From assembly GCF_001194135.2 (NCBI RefSeq), contig NC_068981.1:67990520-68045682 (forward strand): a stretch of DNA of 55,163 nt, in the 5' to 3' direction. Under the pieces are notes generated by a model. It had not been told where the DNA came from, ran no database searches, and worked only from the letters and a program-made list of their open reading frames with translations. Below, piece by piece: positions 12,734 through 25,704 of this stretch. Positions within the stretch are counted from its first letter, which is position 1. Each line of letters begins with the position of its first letter. Source of the stretch: Octopus bimaculoides (lineage: Eukaryota). The translations under genes and the position numbers were made by a program.

Positions 12734-13739
12734 TCTATTTATATATCTACCAAAATACATAGAAATTAGTGCATCTATGTATATGCATTGCAGATGGGAA
12801 AAATAGAGAAAGAGGTATACTGAGAGGGAGATATAGAAAGAAATATAAGAAAAATAAGAGACACGAGGAACAAAGCTAGCAAATTTGCTTATTCAAAATT
12901 TCAAAATGAATCATTGGAGGAATGGGTGCAACAGTCAATACATATATATTCAATAGCGGAAAAATGAAACAAATAAGGAAGGCAAAGAGAAGAAGGGAGA
13001 GAGAGAAAGGGGAGGAAAAGAGATAAGTGAGGAGAAAATATAAACGATTAATGAAAAAGACTGTTGTGATTTTTGGACATAATATGTGTAGATACATTTT
13101 GAACTTCTGAATTCGTAGCGCTAAATCTAAGCAAGGATAAGGTTTTAAAATGTGTGGCAGAAAAATGCTCCATGTTAAATATGGATTGTAATATGTTGAA
13201 GCGCGTTAAAAGTAATTAAAATTGTCATTAATCATACGATATGGATAGAGTGTTGAAATTACAAACTTTTAAAAATTTTCACGGAGTATATTTGCTAAAG
13301 TGGGAAGAAAAAGAAATCAGAATGGATATCAATTAATGAAGCACATTAATTTAGTATACAAGATAAGGAAAGTATAAAATTCACTTTCTTCTGATCCGAA
13401 AGTTATGTATATTTAATATATATAGAAAGGCTGAGGAGTGGGTATTTCAAAAGGAATAAGAAAGACGATATAATATTGTGTTGCGCCAAAAGCTTTACAA
13501 TATTTTGGTAAATTATTTGTTTTATTCCCCAAGTTGCAACAAAAGCAGATTGGCATTCACAGTAGAAACCATTGTCTTGAACCTTCTGAAATAGCCAACT
13601 TTCTGTTAGTTATTTTATCTTACGCTCATACAAGTTCCTGTCCTCCGAGGCGAAAAAAAAAATGAAGCATCCACCTCTTCTTGTTTGATGAACCGTCACG
13701 AGTGCAAGATGTGACCTATGGATGGGAACGATTAATAAT

Positions 13740-14215
13740 CGTAACGAAATATTTTTCCTGGATCCTGACGTGTAGTGGTTAAAGAAATACAAGCTTCCAG
13801 AATCTGTCGCCAAATACAGGCGTGTTGAATACGAAGAAATTTTCTGAGTGTGATGGAATTATAAGTGGATAATTCGCAACGAGTTAATTTCTGTCAGTCG
13901 GACCATAGATGCCAACTTTCACTCCGAACAGCTGAAACAGACGCATACCATTGTGTGACAGAGATACCTGGTGTGGGCTAAGAGAAAGCGAGATTTGCAG
14001 CAAGAGAATAAGCTCCAGGAACTGAACTGATTATTACTTGCTCAGATATGTGGCTCACTTTCTGCGCTCGTGACACTTCATCAACCAAGTGGAAGTGGAA
14101 GATGCAGTGAAGGTGTTCTTCGCCTTCAATGACAAGAACTGGCATAAACGTGAACATGTTTAAGTAAAACTCTTGTCAGATAACATCGTGCTTTTTGGAA
14201 CCTCACTTTGAAATA
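13740..14215 (+). mobile_element. Highly decayed mariner transposase fragment
   Basis: V*WNYKWIIRNELISVSRTIDANFHSEQLKQTHTIV*QRYLVWAKRKRDLQQEN...KLQELN...VEDAVKVFFAFNDKNWH follows the mariner catalytic-domain pattern with deletions. Confidence 0.75.
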
Positions 14216-14267
14216 AAGAGGAGGTTTTGCCATTCACAAGTAGGATGCATATACTAATATAATTAGC

Positions 14268-14298
<31 letters not shown>

Positions 14299-15454
14299 AA
14301 CACTCAGGCGTGAACGCGCACACACACACCCACACATCTATTGTACGTAGAATGGGTTACAACCATGGTATGCTCTTGTCTTCTCACACACATATATATA
14401 TATATATATATANNNNNNNNNNNNNNNNNNNNNNNNNNNNNNNNNNNNNNNNNNNNNNNNNNNNNNNNNNNNNNNNNNNNNNNNNNNNNNNNNNNNNNNN
14501 NNNNNNNNNNNNNNNNNNNNNNNNNNNNNNNNNNNNNNNNNNNNNNNNNNNNNNNNNNNNNNNNNNNNNNNNNNNNNNNNNNNNNNNNNNNNNNNNNNNN
14601 NNNNNNNNNNNNNNNNNNNNNNNNNNNNNNNNNNNNNNNNNNNNNNNNNNNNNNNNNNNNNNNNNNNNNNNNNNNNNNNNNNNNNNNNNNNNNNNNNNNN
14701 NNNNNNNNNNNNNNNNNNNNNNNNNNNNNNNNNNNNNNNNNNNNNNNNNNNNNNNNNNNNNNNNNNNNNNNNNNNNNNNNNNNNNNNNNNNNNNNNNNNN
14801 NNNNNNNNNNNNNNNNNNNNNNNNNNNNNNNNNNNNNNNNNNNNNNNNNNNNNNNNNNNNNNNNNNNNNNNNNNNNNNNNNNNNNNNNNNNNNNNNNNNN
14901 NNNNNNNNNNTATGGATAACCAACTAGGTGGCCTTATTTTTATGTACGTGTAGGAAAGAAGACAGGTAGTTTGCATAACGATATTTAGAATTGCCTTCCT
15001 GCAAACCAATGTACTTTTTCTTCGCAATTATGTTGTCTTCGACCACTGTTATAATTTTGGCTTCATAATCAACTGCGTTTATGAAACAGGCCTGAGCAAG
15101 AGGCTAAGCTTCATCGTCAGGACAGTATCAACTGGGTGTGAACTGTTGGTGTGACTTATATGTGGCAATATCCTTTATAATTGAAATCTACCTTGAAAAT
15201 GCTTATTCATTAATGTCCAAAAATCTAACCTAAGATGATTAAAGTTTTGTGGAGAAAGCGAGCTAAATTTTACGAAAACAAAGACAAAAAAAAAAGGGGA
15301 GAAAATGTTGCACAATTACAAATTCATACAAGAAAATAACAACGGTTGTCTATCTGTTGTTTTTTTCCTGTCCGTCTCTATATCGTCTATCTTTTTTTTT
15401 ATTGTCGTTTGTTGCGTTCTTGTTTCATTGTTTTGGGTATATGTATGTATGTAT

Positions 15455-16586
15455 CATTTGAGTAAAAAGTAAGCAACGTTTTGAAATATGAAGAATTTGT
15501 ACCGGACTTTTGCAGAGTTTTGAATGTTTTTTAACATATTTTTGGCAATTGTCTGGTAATACAGACACAGCCTAGCCAAAATGCATCTATAAATTAGCAT
15601 TGATATTCTTTTTACCTTTGTTACAATCATCTGAAATGGAACTGTCAAAGTGCGATATTCGAGCTATCTTCCAATTGAAATGAATCTGCTCGTGATATCA
15701 ACGAAACGTTTGGGAAGGAAAAGACCAGTGAGTGGTCAGCTCGGAAATGGTTTAAACGATTTTGCAGTGGAGACCTGAAGATTGAACAGGTTGAGCGTAG
15801 TGGACGCTCCTCAGTCATTGATAAAGGTCAATGAAAGTCCATAATTGAGAAAGATCTACGAAAAAACACTCGAGAACTTGCAAACGAACGTCGAATTAGC
15901 CATAAAACTGCCTGCAACCATTTGCATGTGATCGGAAAATTAAAAAAAAATATCTCGATAAATGTGTACCACACGATTTGAATGAAAATCAGAAAATGCG
16001 CAAATATGAAATTTACTCGTAGTTTCTTCTCCGTGACCAGACCGATCCATTTTTCGATGGTACTGTAATTTGTGATGAAAAGTGAGTTCTGTACAAAAAA
16101 AAAAAAAACGTTCTTCGCAGTGGTTGAACCAAAATGAAGAACCGAAAGCTTTCTCTAAACCTAAACACTTCAAAAAAGAAAAGTTTATGGTGCTGTTTGG
16201 TGGTTTACTACTGGACGCATCCAGTATAAAACCATTACTGCAGAAACATATTACTATGAAATTGCCAAAAAACCTTTTACTCCTTCGTCCCACACTGGTA
16301 AACACTAGAGAGTTAATCATTCTCCATGACAATGATCGCCCACGTGTTTCACTAATGACACTCCAGAAGTTGATAAAACTTGGCTACGAAGTTCTTCCAC
16401 ATCCAGCTTATTCCCCAGACCTTTCTCCTACCGACTACCACTTTTTCAAGCACCTTGATGGTTTCCTCGATGCTGACAGTGCGTTCAAAGATTTCATCAG
16501 CCCCAGAACTCTAGATTTTTGTTACGGAATAAACAAACTCGTACCTCGTTGGCAAAAATGTGTTGATTGTAAGGGTACTTGGTTTG
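15455..16586 (+). mobile_element. Decayed mariner (DD34D) transposon in the intron after the nAChR exon
   Basis: From ATG at 15636: MELSKCDIRAIF...KWFKRFCSGD...RSGRS...CVPHDLNENQK...VICDEK*VLY...LHDNDRPRVS...HPAYSPDLSPTDYHFFKHLD...INKLVPRWQKCVDCKG. A mariner-like left TIR lies near 15455-15490. The right end is lost in a gap and a (GT)n tract. Confidence 0.92.
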
Positions 16587-16596
16587 NNNNNNNNNN

Positions 16597-16661
<65 letters not shown>

Positions 16662-16833
16662 TGTGTGTCTGTCTGTGTGTCTGTGTATGCATATAATACC
16701 TGCATTGAAATATGTGCAAAATACAAAATACGGCATCAATATATGAGATGTGAATTCTAATACGTTAATGAACGTATTAAATTTACTGATAACCAATTCT
16801 TATATTTTTAATTAACAAAGGCCGTGTACTTAC

Positions 16834-16979
16834 CACATCAATAATTTGTGCCAGTGCCACTCCGAAGGTCACATTAAGAGCCTCTGAGAAATTTGACGAT
16901 GGCCGAACTTGCTTGTTGTAATTTTTCATTAAATCCCGCACCAAACGATACTCGTTTTCATCACATAAAGCTATACTTG
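16834..16979 (-). CDS. Internal coding exon of a nicotinic acetylcholine receptor-family (Cys-loop LGIC) subunit: end of signal peptide plus N-terminal helix to beta-1
   Basis: Minus strand: acceptor ...ctttcaatattcatttgcag| and donor GATGTG|gtaagt. 146 nt, phase 1 to 0, open frame (A)SIALCDENEYRLVRDLMKNYNKQVRPSSNFSEALNVTFGVALAQIIDV. It matches the nAChR pattern E.RL..DL...Y...VRP......V.FG..L.QIIDV and ends at the conserved QIIDV|DEKNQ intron position of alpha7-type genes. The subunit class cannot be fixed because the vicinal cysteines are not in the window. Confidence 0.93.
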
Positions 16980-17457
16980 CTGCAAATGAATATTGAAAGA
17001 AAAGTAAAACCGTTAATACTGCAGTTTAATATATAAAACAAATTACAATATTCACTTTCATATGCACACATTTCTAGGGATTGAATTTAATTTCATGTCA
17101 CGTATGAAATTTTCTACTAGTGTTAGATCTCCCTTGAGAATAGAACACAAAACATTTCTGTAAGGGTACAGAATACTTTAAAATACTTTTCTTCTTTTCT
17201 TTCATTTGATCAGTTTTATATAAATGAAATTTAAATATACGTTAATTTGCTGAAAAAATTGCATCAATAAAATTTTTAGTAATTCTGGTGTTTACACATA
17301 AGAAAATGAAGCTCATTAAATTATTTATAATTTTTTTTTTTATTCTGCTTCGATCATAATAGAACTGTTGTTTTCTTTCAGAATTAGAAATGAACATTAT
17401 ATCGACGTATATGAAATCATAACATCATAGTATACAGTTTTTGGAAGTTTAAATTAC

Positions 17458-17518
17458 CTGATAAAAATAATGAGCGACTCAGGAAAAGTACAAACAAATA
17501 ATGCGTGAGAACAGATCG
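17458..17518 (-). CDS. Probable signal-peptide exon of the same nAChR subunit
   Basis: Minus strand: acceptor gttaattttgtag| and donor TCAG|gtaatt. 61 nt, phase 0 to 1, encoding hydrophobic RSVLTHYLFVLFLSRSLFLS(A). It splices in frame to the 16834-16979 exon across a 478 nt intron. The AG of the acceptor is part of an in-frame TAG, so the ATG must be on a further upstream exon. Confidence 0.65.
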
Positions 17519-18793
17519 CTACAAAATTAACAGTTTCTTTAGCTGATGCTGTTACTATTCGCTTAGACAACAGGGAATGCTTGTTATATGTTGGGTAAAA
17601 ATACCGACTTGTGAATCGTCTGCAAAACCGAAAGTGTTACAGCACACTATGAAGTGATAAGTTTATAAGTACCCTAGGAAGTTTTGAATGTGAAAAATAT
17701 TTCAATAATTTCAATGTGCACCAAACATATCCATGTTGAAGAAAATTGAGAACATTATATTATAAGAATAACAACGTACCCTTCTTCTCTTAGTGGAATG
17801 TGGCTAGGCTGGGATCATAAGGATATTTCCATATGGATTTACTCTTGTGTCAACAGTATTTCTTATCTACTTTTTCGGCAGTATCGTTCTTATTGAAATA
17901 TTTACGTGATAACATTCTGCTCATTGATGTTCATATTGTGAAACGTTATTTTCCTTAACTGACAAAATTAACGTGCATCTCGAAGTCACAATCTAATTTT
18001 GATTTTGAAATCAAATTTCTGGTTTCGTACTTCGCAAGCATCTAATTTGCTATACTGAAAGTTTGCTATTCATACGTATTTCATATCAATACGAAAATGA
18101 CGTACATGCGATGCACGTCATTTTGTTCAACATAAATTTACTTAGGTGGTAAATATCAGTTATTTTTAGTGACTTTTGTTTGTTCTGCATTTGGTATTTA
18201 CTTGATATTAAACATCGCATATATACAAAATTACAAATTATATTGCATTCCTATCAAATTTAGTAAATAGTAGATTACATTTGCCATTAAAAAATAGATG
18301 TAATTCGAATAAGAAATTAATTTGTGCAAATTTACAACAAGGGTTAAAATATTAAAGCATATTTGTGCACCAAAATAATCATTATTGTGCATACAACGAA
18401 ACTCTGCCTTGAATGAATGTAAGACACTATCGAGTAATAAATTTAGCAATTTGTAAATTGTATGTTATTGAAAAACTTTATAAGAGAGACCATTTTAAAG
18501 GTTTTTATTGTATTTTCGTTTATATTAATTGTCATACTATTTATTTTAATATCTTCTGATGAATATTTCCTGATTAGTCTCTTTCATCTAGACCTTTTGC
18601 AATATTGATTTTGTAATTTGGTTTTTCATCAAGATGAAACTAATAAATAAATAAATATCAATAAAACAAAGACAGGGAAAAGAATTATTATAAAGAAAAG
18701 ATTTGATGTTATTTGTTTTCTCTCATCTATTTAATCGCATCAATAAATACAGGATATTGTTTGACCTTCATTGCAATCCATAGAAACTATTAC

Positions 18794-18808
18794 TTGAAGC
18801 TCAAACAT
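18794..18808 (-). CDS. Candidate start-codon exon end (MFELQ) for the nAChR; one of several alternatives
   Basis: ATG TTT GAG CTT CAA|gtaata is phase 0 and compatible with the 17458-17518 exon. It lies about 150 nt downstream of a CpG-rich ETS-motif patch. An alternative is 20622-20666 (MTSAFRYKVRFFIIQ|gtaact). Confidence 0.25.
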
Positions 18809-18944
18809 TACAAAGTTTTAATAAATAGCTTTTGTCCCCCGTGACATATTTAAACTTTTTCTCCTCGAAGCAAATTTAATTCCATAGTGAAATGATTAAT
18901 GGTGAATAGTCACTTGGCTTGAAGCAAATAATAATTTTCTGTTG

Positions 18945-19080
18945 GCAAACGTAAAACCGGAAGTTTCGACGTTTCGCCTTCCGTTGCCACGAGAAATTTC
19001 TACAATATTTGAGCATCGTTTGTTGAAGCAGAAAGGAAGGAAACTCGGACACCTGCTACGCTGTCCATTTTGTCGAATGC
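18945..19080. promoter_or_regulatory. CpG-rich patch with an ETS-type motif, possible promoter element
   Basis: CCGGAAGT at 18957-18964, a GTTGCC X-box-like half site at 18983-18988, and several CpGs in an AT-rich background upstream of the nAChR signal exon. Motif match only. Confidence 0.25.
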
Positions 19081-19703
19081 AGTGTACGATGATTCTACTA
19101 CATAATGTTATTGTGTTAGTATTATGTTCAATTTATCTTGATATTTTCATTGCTATCCATATTGATTTCATTTTTGTTAGTTTACTTTAGTGAATTGCTT
19201 GTACATGTGGCTTTAAATATTCTCTAAATATTAGTGAGATAATCATATTACGTGATTTTTATCAATGAATTTATAAATACTCTCAGCGTCACACCATTCA
19301 TTTCTTGTAACTATTTCATTTATTTAAATGAAATATACTATTAAAAGTTTCGTGTGCTTGTTCATCTAAAGTTTATAAAGATGTTTTCAAGACAATCGAA
19401 TTAACGCATTAGTCCTTGTAATGCCCATAGTTTCGTCTTTGAAGAGTATATATAAAAGTTTGTTGTAGTGAACATATGCAGTGATACCTTACTTCTGTCA
19501 TCATCCAAATGTTGCTTCCAAGTATTTTCTTTGAATGAAATCTATATAAATGTTGTAGTATATAAACAAATGCTTTGATGATTTTCAATATCTCTCCCTC
19601 ACTAATCTATCTATCTATCTCTCTATCTATCTGTCGGTCTGTGTGTGTCTGTATGTCTTTCTGTCTGTGTGTCTGTGTGTCCATCTATGTATCTATCTAC
19701 CTA

Positions 19704-19758
<55 letters not shown>

Positions 19759-20759
19759 GCAAACTTATTACTGAAACACAGATGTGTTGTGAATCAAGTT
19801 TCACGCTACTGCATTCGGTTCTCGCTTATATTGTTATCCTAAAATTGTACATGGCCGATGTATTTAATGATAATGTTAGTAATAAAGTCGATAGTTGTGT
19901 GACTTAGCATAATCGTTGAGAGAAATCTCTTTCTCGTACGGAAAAACATTCGACGAATCTCAAATAAATATTCATACTGGAACAAAGTGCAACTTTTTTT
20001 CTTCATTATTGTCCTTCCATGCATTGGGCAATAATAGTAAGCAAGCAAATATAAGCTTGCTAATATCTGTTGCATTACTGATGTAGGTCACCAAAGATTT
20101 CTTAATAATTTGAAACATGTTGAGCAAATTATTATCAGACGCTTTCTGTTAGCAAACACAATCGTATTTATCACAAGATTATGGTGTCTGAATCGCTCTC
20201 CTAGTGAGGTTAACATAGTATATTTCGAATTAAATGCGATTACGATATTTTATACATTTGATAATACTAATTTTGACAAAATGTGCAATCTAAAACAACA
20301 AGATAGAAAAGAAGAAAATATGAAATATTTATTAATAATCAATAATAAGAACTGCACTATTATCGAAGCGTTGATACAGGAATCATCCTTATCACCAATA
20401 ACTTCATCTACAACCACATCGATAATAGTAAAATCAACAGCCCGAGCATAAGGTGTTCCGATTAAATTTGACAATTTTTATGTTCCAACTTCTTTCAGGA
20501 ATATCTCGATATATTGCCGATAAGTCAACGCTGTAGGAGATCATGTACAATGAATATATAGTTGAAAGACATTAAGTGATATGGAGGACTAGACGCAATG
20601 TGAATGTTGGAGAACAGTTACCTGTATTATGAAGAATCGCACCTTATATCTAAAAGCCGACGTCATGTTTTCTAAGCACTATAAAGGCTACAGCATGTGA
20701 CATATTCATGTCGCACGTATTATAAAAGCACGTTCCTAAAAATGTAACGGTGCTTGTGT

Positions 20760-21185
20760 GTGTTTCCGATGAAGGTGACTTCATGCCAAACCCATATCAT
20801 TGAACAGAGTCTTAAATCAATTAAGGTGGCTATGTGAAACTCGTATAGGCTTTTGAGTTGGTTGCTGATGGAAGGTCATATGTATGGCAGCAGGACTGAG
20901 ATGCTTGATATACTTCCGGAAGAGTCAGAAATGGTTGTCACTGTATTTCCACGACATCACTATCCCCAATTTCTTGCCTTCTAATTTCCCCGATTGTAAT
21001 CCAAATGGATTGCGATGTGCGGAGCCAAGTTAAGAAAGATAACAACCACCCTACCTGCAGCGCCAAGGTCGAGCTTGTGTCCAAGATCAAGGAGATGGTC
21101 GAACATCTTTAGAGATACAGCAGGGAATACATACATCATGATCTGGAGTCGTCCATGTTCTTATGTATAATTTATCATCCTAAGT
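20760..21185 (+). mobile_element. IS630/Tc1/mariner superfamily fragment, DD37D (maT)-like
   Basis: EGDFMP...VADGRSYVWQQD*DA*YTSG...NF.PSNFPDCNP...CSAKVELVSKIKEMVEHL. The family assignment is from motif recall. Confidence 0.7.
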
Positions 21186-24175
21186 AAGCGTTAACTATTT
21201 TCGAGACCTATATTCATTAATTCATCAGTGAATAATACGCCACATGATGTTCATATGGCTGTTATACGATTTATAGTTTAAAACTTTATCTCTGCTGTAT
21301 TTCATAGACGCATTGTAAGATCGTAATTATAGAAATAACGTAACGTTCTTTCTCAATATATCTTCAAATGCGTAATAGTAAAAAATGATGAATATATTGT
21401 ACTCGATATAATGCTGTAATTATTTAGATATGTTTAATAATTACACTGTTCGCTACGCTCCTATCGGGAGCTGTGATTCCTGAAGCACGTAACGTATTTT
21501 CTGACAATAATATAGTAGAACAAGAAATCATATTGACTCTGACAGTTTTGAGTCATAGAGTTATACAGCGAAATCCACCTAAATTTTTAAAATTAAACAT
21601 ACTCAAATTCAAAACATGTATAAGCTGATATGGAAGTTGTTTGTAAAGCTACTTATAAAAAGCATTCAGTGTCTTCACTCGCATACTTTGAACGAAAATA
21701 TAACTATGTGTCTATTTCTATCTCATTATGGAACTAATGTACGTTCGTAATAGAACGGTTTGTCGGTTTTAACACCAAAGAACGTTACACATTTACTCAA
21801 TCGAACATAGTAACGATATTGCAAAGTGGAACACTTCCCTTTTCAAAGCGATAAACATTTATTTCTTCCAGCTGTCCACATTGGCAATTATATATATATA
21901 TATATATATATATATNNNNNNNNNNNNNNNNNNNNNNNNNNNNNNNNNNNNNNNNNNNNNNNNNNNNNNNNNNNNNNNNNNNNNNNNNNNNNNNNNNNNN
22001 NNNNNNNNNNNNNNNNNNNNNNNNNNNNNNNNNNNNNNNNNNNNNNNNNNNNNNNNNNNNNNNNNNNNNNNNNNNNNNNNNNNNNNNNNNNNNNNNNNNN
22101 NNNNNNNNNNNNNNNNNNNNNNNNNNNNNNNNNNNNNNNNNNNNNNNNNNNNNNNNNNNNNNNNNNNNNNNNNNNNNNNNNNNNNNNNNNNNNNNNNNNN
22201 NNNNNNNNNNNNNNNNNNNNNNNNNNNNNNNNNNNNNNNNNNNNNNNNNNNNNNNNNNNNNNNNNNNNNNNNNNNNNNNNNNNNNNNNNNNNNNNNNNNN
22301 NNNNNNNNNNNNNNNNNNNNNNNNNNNNNNNNNNNNNNNNNNNNNNNNNNNNNNNNNNNNNNNNNNNNATATATATATATATACATATATGGTGTGTGCT
22401 TGAAAACGATGGGCCTTATATGCAAATGACTTTGTGTTGGCATCTCTTACGATTAAGTTCCTTTAGCGAGCGAGAAGGCTGTAATTATGGTAATGTATGT
22501 TTCTATGAGAATGGAATCGACAGAGAAGAAGATTGCCGAATGATATAGAGAGGAAGGAACTTATCAATGATTGGCAATGATTTTATATATTGATTCACTA
22601 ATTTATCTCCAACTTGGTTATGGTAAAGTTTTATAAGAGCTTTTTCTTGTCATACACATTGATACATATATGTGTGGATTGAAATATGTCATTTATAAAT
22701 AATTTTAGTTCATTAATTTTATTTTTACACAATGATACGCCATAGTTACGAAATTGTTGTGATGAATCTCTAGTACTGCACAGAAGAGAATCTCCACAAA
22801 TATGATCATATGAATGTGTATTTTAGATTTCACTATAATGAAGCTGTTGCAATTCAGTTTTAAAAGTTGCTCGAATTTTCTGTCGAAATCTCTAGCATAA
22901 TCAAGATTGATCGAGAAGCATATTTCTCTACAATGGCCCACTAAGAACATGACTTACAACAGTAGGTGAATTCCCTCTTACTGAAAAAAAAAGAGCTCAT
23001 TTCTATTTTGCAGAATTTTATGTTATTCGCAAAGATAAAACCTTCGTAGTTTAAAGTGTGTTGCACCAAATAATAATAGTTTACGATTACTTTCTTCTTT
23101 TGTTCATTGTAGATCACATTTATAATTATGAATTAGAGAATGTTTCTAATGATATCAAATGGCTATGTATCGAAATTATTGATCTCAGAAAGACATGAGA
23201 TAATTGTTGTTATATTTCAAAGACTAAATTTCATCTTATATATGGGGTAAATGAAATGCCAACATCATGCTTCCTCTAAGTCTCTCAAAGAATATATAAA
23301 TAAATTTTCAGGCTCCGATAGAATCAAGGTAATCAAATATCAAAGACCACGAAACATAGTCGGCGATATCGCACTTGTGCACTAATAATGTGTACAGACA
23401 AACATGTTCTTACTAATGTAAATACGGATTTGTTCCTCCAGGTAGGCATACACTCACAAGCTTTGACCAAAATACACAACAGTACCCGAAGTCACACTGG
23501 AGTACACTCTGGCACGTATTCCACAGTCGACTATAGGTTCGAGATCCAAAGAAGGGAAGGTTCCGAGCTTGGTGAAGTATAAACAATAACACAGATAGTT
23601 TGAGGCTCACTAGAGCTGTTTCAGTCTTCTTCTTTGTTGATGAAAAAGACTATTTCATGATGTAAAAAAAATCAAAAACATTTTACTAAGGTGAATTAAG
23701 TGTAAATTTATTTTCACATAAATAGTACATAATGCCTAATCGACACTTCCATCTTGGTTACAGCTGAGAGAATGAACAGAGATGAATAGAGAGCATTCCC
23801 TATTCAAAACACTGTCATGTGTGAAATCATACCTAGCAAAAACATTTCCCTCTAAATATAATCCAACCTCTTCCCACACCATCATCACCAAAATGGAGGA
23901 AAGTAATTACCTACCCTACTTCTAATAATAACAATCCCTGACTGCGGCTCCTAAAATTTATTTGCTTCCTGATTCATTTACAAAATAAGGTGGAATGTAA
24001 ATTCAAAACAGTATACAATTGTAACAATACCATTAACAGCTTAATCATGATTAGCATAAGTGAAGCCGGTCGACTATATAAATATTTCATTTCATAAAAA
24101 CACACACACACATATATTTATACAGCTTCTCCAATTTCTATTCATAAGAATCACTAGAATTCTGAGTGTGTGTGG

Positions 24176-24232
<57 letters not shown>

Positions 24233-24758
24233 CGTACGAATGGATGTTTATATACGCACACGCACAAACACTCACACACACATACATGTATTATGATCGC
24301 GTATACACAGAAAACATATTCAAATCTAAAACAATTGGATTATATATAAATACTTATCTCTATGTTGAACATACGTTATATGATTTGAAAAGGAACAATT
24401 TTAGTATGGAATAGAATGGATATAAATTTTCGAGATCAGTATCATCACAAAATCTATTATTAAATTTAAGGTTTCAAATTCATACCGATACTATTGTGAA
24501 TTTGTATTGGATTAGTATAATCACATTTTGGACTATATGTGGTTTTAAAGTTATGTGTATTTTCTATCAGTACAGACATAAGGTATGTGTGACTCATTAA
24601 ATTTAGAAACGAGAGATAGATGGAAAATATGACAATGTGAATTTGCAGGTTTCATTGAATTCATAAGATACTCGCTTTGATAGAAAAATATCGAATGCTT
24701 GTCCAAAATATGTACAATAAGATTTCATCCATGACACACGCGTAAAATGATAATAATA

Positions 24759-24799
<41 letters not shown>

Positions 24800-24800
<1 letters not shown>

Positions 24801-24952
24801 ATCAATCTAAATGTCTGTGTTGTATTACGCGAAGATATTTCGCTAATTCCCCTGTCACATCGACTCTCCGAGCTTTCAGTCATACACAGCATCCCCTATG
24901 CTCGGATGTACTTCGGCAAGTGATTGTAACAAACATGAAGATCAAAAGTAAA
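24800..24952 (+). mobile_element. 3'UTR-only copy of R4/Dong-like element subfamily A between (GAT)n and (AAT)n
   Basis: Aligns with 33407-33590 (atcaat.taaatgtctgtgttg.attac..gaagatatttcgcta...agctttcagt...ggcaagtgattgtaacaaacat). Confidence 0.8.
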
Positions 24953-24960
24953 TAATAATG

Positions 24961-25024
<64 letters not shown>

Positions 25025-25063
25025 GAAGAAGAAGAAGAAGAAGAAGAATAAGAAGAAGCAGGA

Positions 25064-25147
<84 letters not shown>

Positions 25148-25170
25148 TGATAATAATAATGATGATGATA
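24950..25170. repeat. Compound (AAT)n-(AAG)n-(AAT/GAT)n microsatellite; (GAT)n at about 24750-24800
   Basis: Direct reading. It is the source of the poly-I/L/Y/R ORFs. Confidence 0.97.
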
Positions 25171-25179
25171 CCAATAGAT

Positions 25180-25700
25180 GCCCTCAACGAACCAGACAGT
25201 CGCTCTCATGGCTTCTGGTCTTAAATGACTGGAAGTATTATTATGTACATTGTTTTGTCTTGGTATAAAAGAAGGGTTACAGCAAATATTCTGCTCAATA
25301 CCACAGATTTGCTTGTCAGTTGTTTGACCTTAACCAGTTGAGCAAGTCCCTTGGTGGCTGACGATATGTGCATCAGTTATCAAGAGCAAAAGTAGTGGGG
25401 AAACACCATAGTCATGTGCAGTGAGGAATTTTTGATTGTTTGAATAATTCACCTCTGGAAACATAGGTATTTCACTCAACATCCATAAACAACCTTTATT
25501 CAAGGACCTTTTGATTGGGAAGGGCTAATCAACCTGGAGACAATTCTATCTGGACATCCACCTGCGAGGTCATGCGCTGTTTATCTTGATATAACATCCC
25601 GAAATCGCGCACGTATGGTTGTGATGCACGTGCCTGGTGTATATTTACCAGACTGGTAATCATGATGGGTATATTGGGCCTCATATATTTTACACAAGTG
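25180..25700. mobile_element. Unclassified about 0.5 kb non-coding dispersed element, copy 1
   Basis: Colinear with 34700-35203 (ctctcatgg...ttttgtcttggtataaaaga.ggg..acagcaaatattctgctcaataccac...cacctgc.a.gtcatgcgct.tttatcttg...cctggtgta). It starts right after an (AAT)n tract. Confidence 0.85.
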
Positions 25701-25704
25701 TTAC

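Noticed and set aside
14925-15140. Open frames of about 60 aa on both strands next to a gap
   Set aside because: They do not resemble the nAChR sequence expected next, and no family is recognised.
18950-18995. Minus-strand GCGAAACGTCG resembling the 3' half of a PLE hammerhead
   Set aside because: No CUGANGA or U3-A8 box and no stem I or II upstream.
25180-25250. HDV-like ribozyme at the start of the 0.5 kb element
   Set aside because: One hairpin is present, but I could not build P1, P2 and P3 or place a catalytic C.
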